Origin: a virus
Lineage: Duplodnaviria; Caudoviricetes
Strand: one strand, 5' to 3'
Virus record (IMG/VR): IMGVR_UViG_3300011335_000586
Coordinates: 1 to 29,753 of that record
DNA: 29,753 bases
Shown here: positions 26,851 to 29,753 of the stretch, in pieces
Layout of the letters: each line of letters begins with the position of its first letter
Numbering within the stretch: position 1 is the first letter of the stretch
Notes under the pieces: generated by a model
What the model was told of the DNA's origin: nothing
Databases searched by the model: none
What the model saw: only the letters and a program-made list of their open reading frames with translations
Position numbers and translations under genes: made by a program

Positions 26851-28728
26851 ATGGCGAATATTACCGTAACGCTCTATTGGGACATGGACCTTCGCAAGTG
26901 GACAACCACTTTGAACGGAACCACTGAAACGGACCCGATTCAAGGGTTGGTCCAAGGCGACATCGTAAAATTCGCAGTGCGTTTTATTCAGAACGACGTA
27001 GCGGTAGTATTAGCCGCACCGGTATTTACGGCATCTGGGATAAAAGCTAGCAACGATTTTACGGGCAGCTACCTGATCCAGCTTTCGGCACCTGTGTTGA
27101 GCGACACAACGCTCTACACGTTCACGGTAGACCCGTTGAACAGCGCAAACCTAAACACGTTCTTGCAGACGTATCGGAATACGTGGTGTGCGCTAGAAAT
27201 CTACGACTCGGCCAACGGCATCCTGACGACTCCGCTGGAACTGCAAATCACACCAGGCTACAGCCTGAGCGGAACTCCAACGGATAATGTGGCTGGCGTT
27301 ATTGTAGTTGCAGCCGGAAAGACCGTCACCTTCCCGCAAAGCCTAACCTTCCCGAGCGCGGCAGGCACAAACGGCTTCCAGCTTACCACAGATGGCGCTG
27401 GCGCATTGACTTGGGCAGCGAGCGGCGCACTAACAGACGGCGACAAGGGCGACATTACGGTCAGCAGCAGCGGCGCTCAGTGGACTATCGACAACGACAC
27501 GGTAGGGCTATCAAAACTAGCGCACATGACTACCAATCGCGTGATCGGTCGCACGACAGCCGGGACAGGCACACCGGAGCTGCTGACAATCAGCGGCACT
27601 GGCAGTGTCGCGATGACCAACACGCCGACGCTTGTGACTCCGGTGCTGGGCGCAGCAACGGCGACTTCCATCAATGGCACGTTCATCGGTAGTTCGGCCA
27701 ACCTCACTAGATTTGTCAGCATGGCAAGCAGTGTTTCCTACATCAATCTTGAAGGCAATACGTCGGGCGGATACATCGACACATCCGCAACTGTAGGCGG
27801 GCCATCATATTCGGGCGGATATATCAGCACAGCAGGCGGACTAACTAGCGTGGGAGGCAACATCAACACATCTGGTTCGGGTGCTGTAGCAGGCGGAAGC
27901 ATCAACACAAGCGGTGGCGGTTCCATAGTCACCAGCGGCGGCGGCGGCAGCATAGACACCACAGGCAACGGCAGCATCGGGCTGGGCATAGCCGCAAACC
28001 GCATCACGCTAGTCGGAACTACTGCAAGCAACGGCAAGACAGCCACCTTCCCCAACGTCACCGGCACCGTAGCCGTAGCAACTACCAGCGCGACAGCTAC
28101 ACAGGCGTTATTTGCCACTGCGACAGCAGGCGCTCCAGCGTATCGCGCCATAGCCACAGCAGACATCGCCACCGCGCTGACCACACCGGGAGCCATCGGC
28201 GGGACTACGGCAAGCACGGGCGCTTTTACGACACTCACGCTTCCTGTTAACAGCGCGAACTACGTCCCGACGCTAAACCTTGGTGGAAATAAGGGACTGA
28301 TAGCGGAGACAAACTATGTCACTGTCGTAAATGGCAGCGCATACATCGTTGCGTTCAACGCAAGCGGATCAATTGTAAACTGCGATCTGGTAGCAAACCC
28401 AACCAACTCTAAGTCCTGCGGAACTACCGCAGGCAGGTGGAGCAATGTGTATTCCGTTCTCGGCGATTTCAGCGGTGCGGTGACGTGTTCGACCACCCTA
28501 GCAGTCACCTCAACAACCACGCTCACGGGTTTGCTTACGGCCAACGGCGGAATCACCACTAATGGCGGAAACAACTTGTTGACCACAAATCAAGCTTTGA
28601 ATAGCTACAGCGGGAGTAGCGCTGCAACTTTGTATTACAATACCGATGCACCAGTTAGCGGAGAACCAACAAAATGGATTGCAATTAACGACAACGGAAC
28701 AACCCGATACATCCCAACTTGGCACTAA
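26851..28728 (+). CDS. Tail fibre / receptor-binding protein
   Basis: 625 aa, G/T/S/A/N-rich. It has an N-terminal beta anchor domain (LVQGD), fibre-type modules (DGDKGDITVS, PTLVTPVLGAATATSIN, AIGGTTASTGAFTTL) and a short C-terminal knob. Confidence 0.75.
   Translation: MANITVTLYWDMDLRKWTTTLNGTTETDPIQGLVQGDIVKFAVRFIQNDVAVVLAAPVFTASGIKASNDFTGSYLIQLSAPVLSDTTLYTFTVDPLNSANLNTFLQTYRNTWCALEIYDSANGILTTPLELQITPGYSLSGTPTDNVAGVIVVAAGKTVTFPQSLTFPSAAGTNGFQLTTDGAGALTWAASGALTDGDKGDITVSSSGAQWTIDNDTVGLSKLAHMTTNRVIGRTTAGTGTPELLTISGTGSVAMTNTPTLVTPVLGAATATSINGTFIGSSANLTRFVSMASSVSYINLEGNTSGGYIDTSATVGGPSYSGGYISTAGGLTSVGGNINTSGSGAVAGGSINTSGGGSIVTSGGGGSIDTTGNGSIGLGIAANRITLVGTTASNGKTATFPNVTGTVAVATTSATATQALFATATAGAPAYRAIATADIATALTTPGAIGGTTASTGAFTTLTLPVNSANYVPTLNLGGNKGLIAETNYVTVVNGSAYIVAFNASGSIVNCDLVANPTNSKSCGTTAGRWSNVYSVLGDFSGAVTCSTTLAVTSTTTLTGLLTANGGITTNGGNNLLTTNQALNSYSGSSAATLYYNTDAPVSGEPTKWIAINDNGTTRYIPTWH
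27766..27978 (+). repeat. GG[Y/N/S]I[D/S/N/V]T peptide repeats in tail fibre
   Basis: GGYIDTS, GGYISTA, GGNINTS, GGSINTS, GGSIVTS and GGSIDTT, plus a degenerate NGSIG. Confidence 0.85.
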
Positions 28729-28732
28729 CTTT

Positions 28733-29197
28733 ATGAAAGACCTATTCACAATCCAAACCGAATCCGGCCAACTCTGGCTCGACATCAAGGCGCAGCTTGA
28801 CGCGAAAGACGCGGAGCTTGCCGAGATAGTTGCTAGCCACACCGAAGCTATCGCCGCCAAAGACGCGCAGCTAAAAGCACAAGAGGACGAGGCATGGAAC
28901 GAGACTAAAACCGTTGCCACAAAACACGCCGCCGCTGTCACCGAGCTAGAAGCACAGCACGCCGCTGACCTAGCTGCCGCCGTAGAAGCCGAGGCACGCG
29001 CCGTCCACAACCGTCTCGACGCTCTTGTGCAGGCAGGCCAAGAGGCGCACGCAGCAGGCGACCTCGATGCGCTCGGTAGGGTGCTTGAAGCTGCATACGC
29101 CCACACCTCCAAGGCGCGAAAGGCAAAGCTGGAAGCAGAACTAGCCGTAGCGCAAGTCGCAGTCAAAGCAGCCGCTGACAAGCTCGCCGCGCTATGA
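28733..29197 (+). CDS. Ala-rich coiled-coil hypothetical protein
   Basis: The start is reassigned to ATG 28733, 4 nt after the fibre stop. It contains AKDAEL/AKDAQL heptad-like repeats. Confidence 0.65.
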   Translation: MKDLFTIQTESGQLWLDIKAQLDAKDAELAEIVASHTEAIAAKDAQLKAQEDEAWNETKTVATKHAAAVTELEAQHAADLAAAVEAEARAVHNRLDALVQAGQEAHAAGDLDALGRVLEAAYAHTSKARKAKLEAELAVAQVAVKAAADKLAAL

Positions 29198-29493
29198 CCG
29201 ACGAACAAAAACACAATCAGGAACTAGGCGACATCCGCATTCTTGTAGAGAAGTGCTTTGCGTTCATCCGCATGGTGCTTGCTCCGCTCATCGCTTTGGG
29301 TATCGCTTCGCTCGTCGGAGGCTGCTGGCAGGTGCATGACATGGGCCGGGATTTCAAAAACATGCAGACGCAACAGAGCGAGTTGAACGCGAAGCTGGAG
29401 TCCATGAACGAGAAGGTTCTGCGGATGTTTTACGCGGGTGGCTGGGACAAGCGGGACGCGACTGGTCGGACGACCAAAGACGCGGTGCAGTAG
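29194..29493 (+). CDS. Single-TM membrane protein (holin/lysis-associated candidate)
   Basis: Hydrophobic segment FIRMVLAPLIALGIASLVGGCW followed by a coiled coil. ATGA overlap. Confidence 0.5.
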   Translation: MTDEQKHNQELGDIRILVEKCFAFIRMVLAPLIALGIASLVGGCWQVHDMGRDFKNMQTQQSELNAKLESMNEKVLRMFYAGGWDKRDATGRTTKDAVQ

Positions 29494-29544
29494 AGCGGTC
29501 GGCTTTGCTGTTGACCACGGGCGAAACGGTGGCATCATGACCGC

Positions 29545-29753
29545 GTGAACCCGCGAACTATTAGCCTGCTGTCAACGGCGCGGAATTTAATAGTTTGCAC
29601 AGTCCTCCTGACATCATGTCAAAGCGCACCAAGCCAAGCTCGCAAGATCATGGGGCCGATAACGAAGAAGACCGCACAGGCAAGCGCCCTAGTCGAGCGG
29701 CAGACCGGAAGCATAGCAAGGCTACGGGGAAGCGTGACGGACGCCGTGGAGAC
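29545..29753 (+). CDS. Putative lipoprotein, truncated by window end (spanin candidate)
   Basis: Absent from the ORF track. GTG 29545 opens MNPRTISLLSTARNLIVCTVLLTSCQSAPS..., with lipobox LTSC (Cys codon 29617-29619). The frame is open to the end of the window. Confidence 0.5.
   Translation, partial: MNPRTISLLSTARNLIVCTVLLTSCQSAPSQARKIMGPITKKTAQASALVERQTGSIARLRGSVTDAVE

Noticed and set aside
26851-28728. Diversity-generating retroelement target in the tail fibre
   Set aside because: I saw no reverse transcriptase and no template/variable repeat pair in this window.

Overview
The window is the virion-morphogenesis half of a tailed dsDNA phage, probably podovirus-like, with an unknown host. 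Most genes lack Shine-Dalgarno motifs. The left end has a GC/G-tract-rich non-coding stretch, three operator-like repeats and two small HTH genes. A leftward block encodes a virion-type protein, a collagen-tailed protein and a GT2 glycosyltransferase. The rightward block encodes a putative adaptor, three putative ejection proteins (one of 1939 aa), large terminase, a Cys-rich protein, portal, scaffold, a 7-gene glycan cassette, major capsid, tail fibre and the start of a probable lysis module. Two features stand out. (1) The terminase Walker A motif is split by a 297-aa intein (13059-13949) with no in-frame endonuclease. Instead, a complete HTH-HNH endonuclease gene (13270-13824) lies on the opposite strand inside the intein, with a sigma70-like promoter in the intein's C-terminal coding sequence, and the sense frame stays open. 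(2) A tightly coupled cassette between scaffold and major capsid encodes four glycosyltransferase-like proteins, an O-methyltransferase, an NDP-sugar epimerase/reductase and an NDP-sugar C-methyltransferase, suggesting virion decoration with a methylated, branched glycan. All product calls rest on motifs and gene context read by eye, and no database searches were run.
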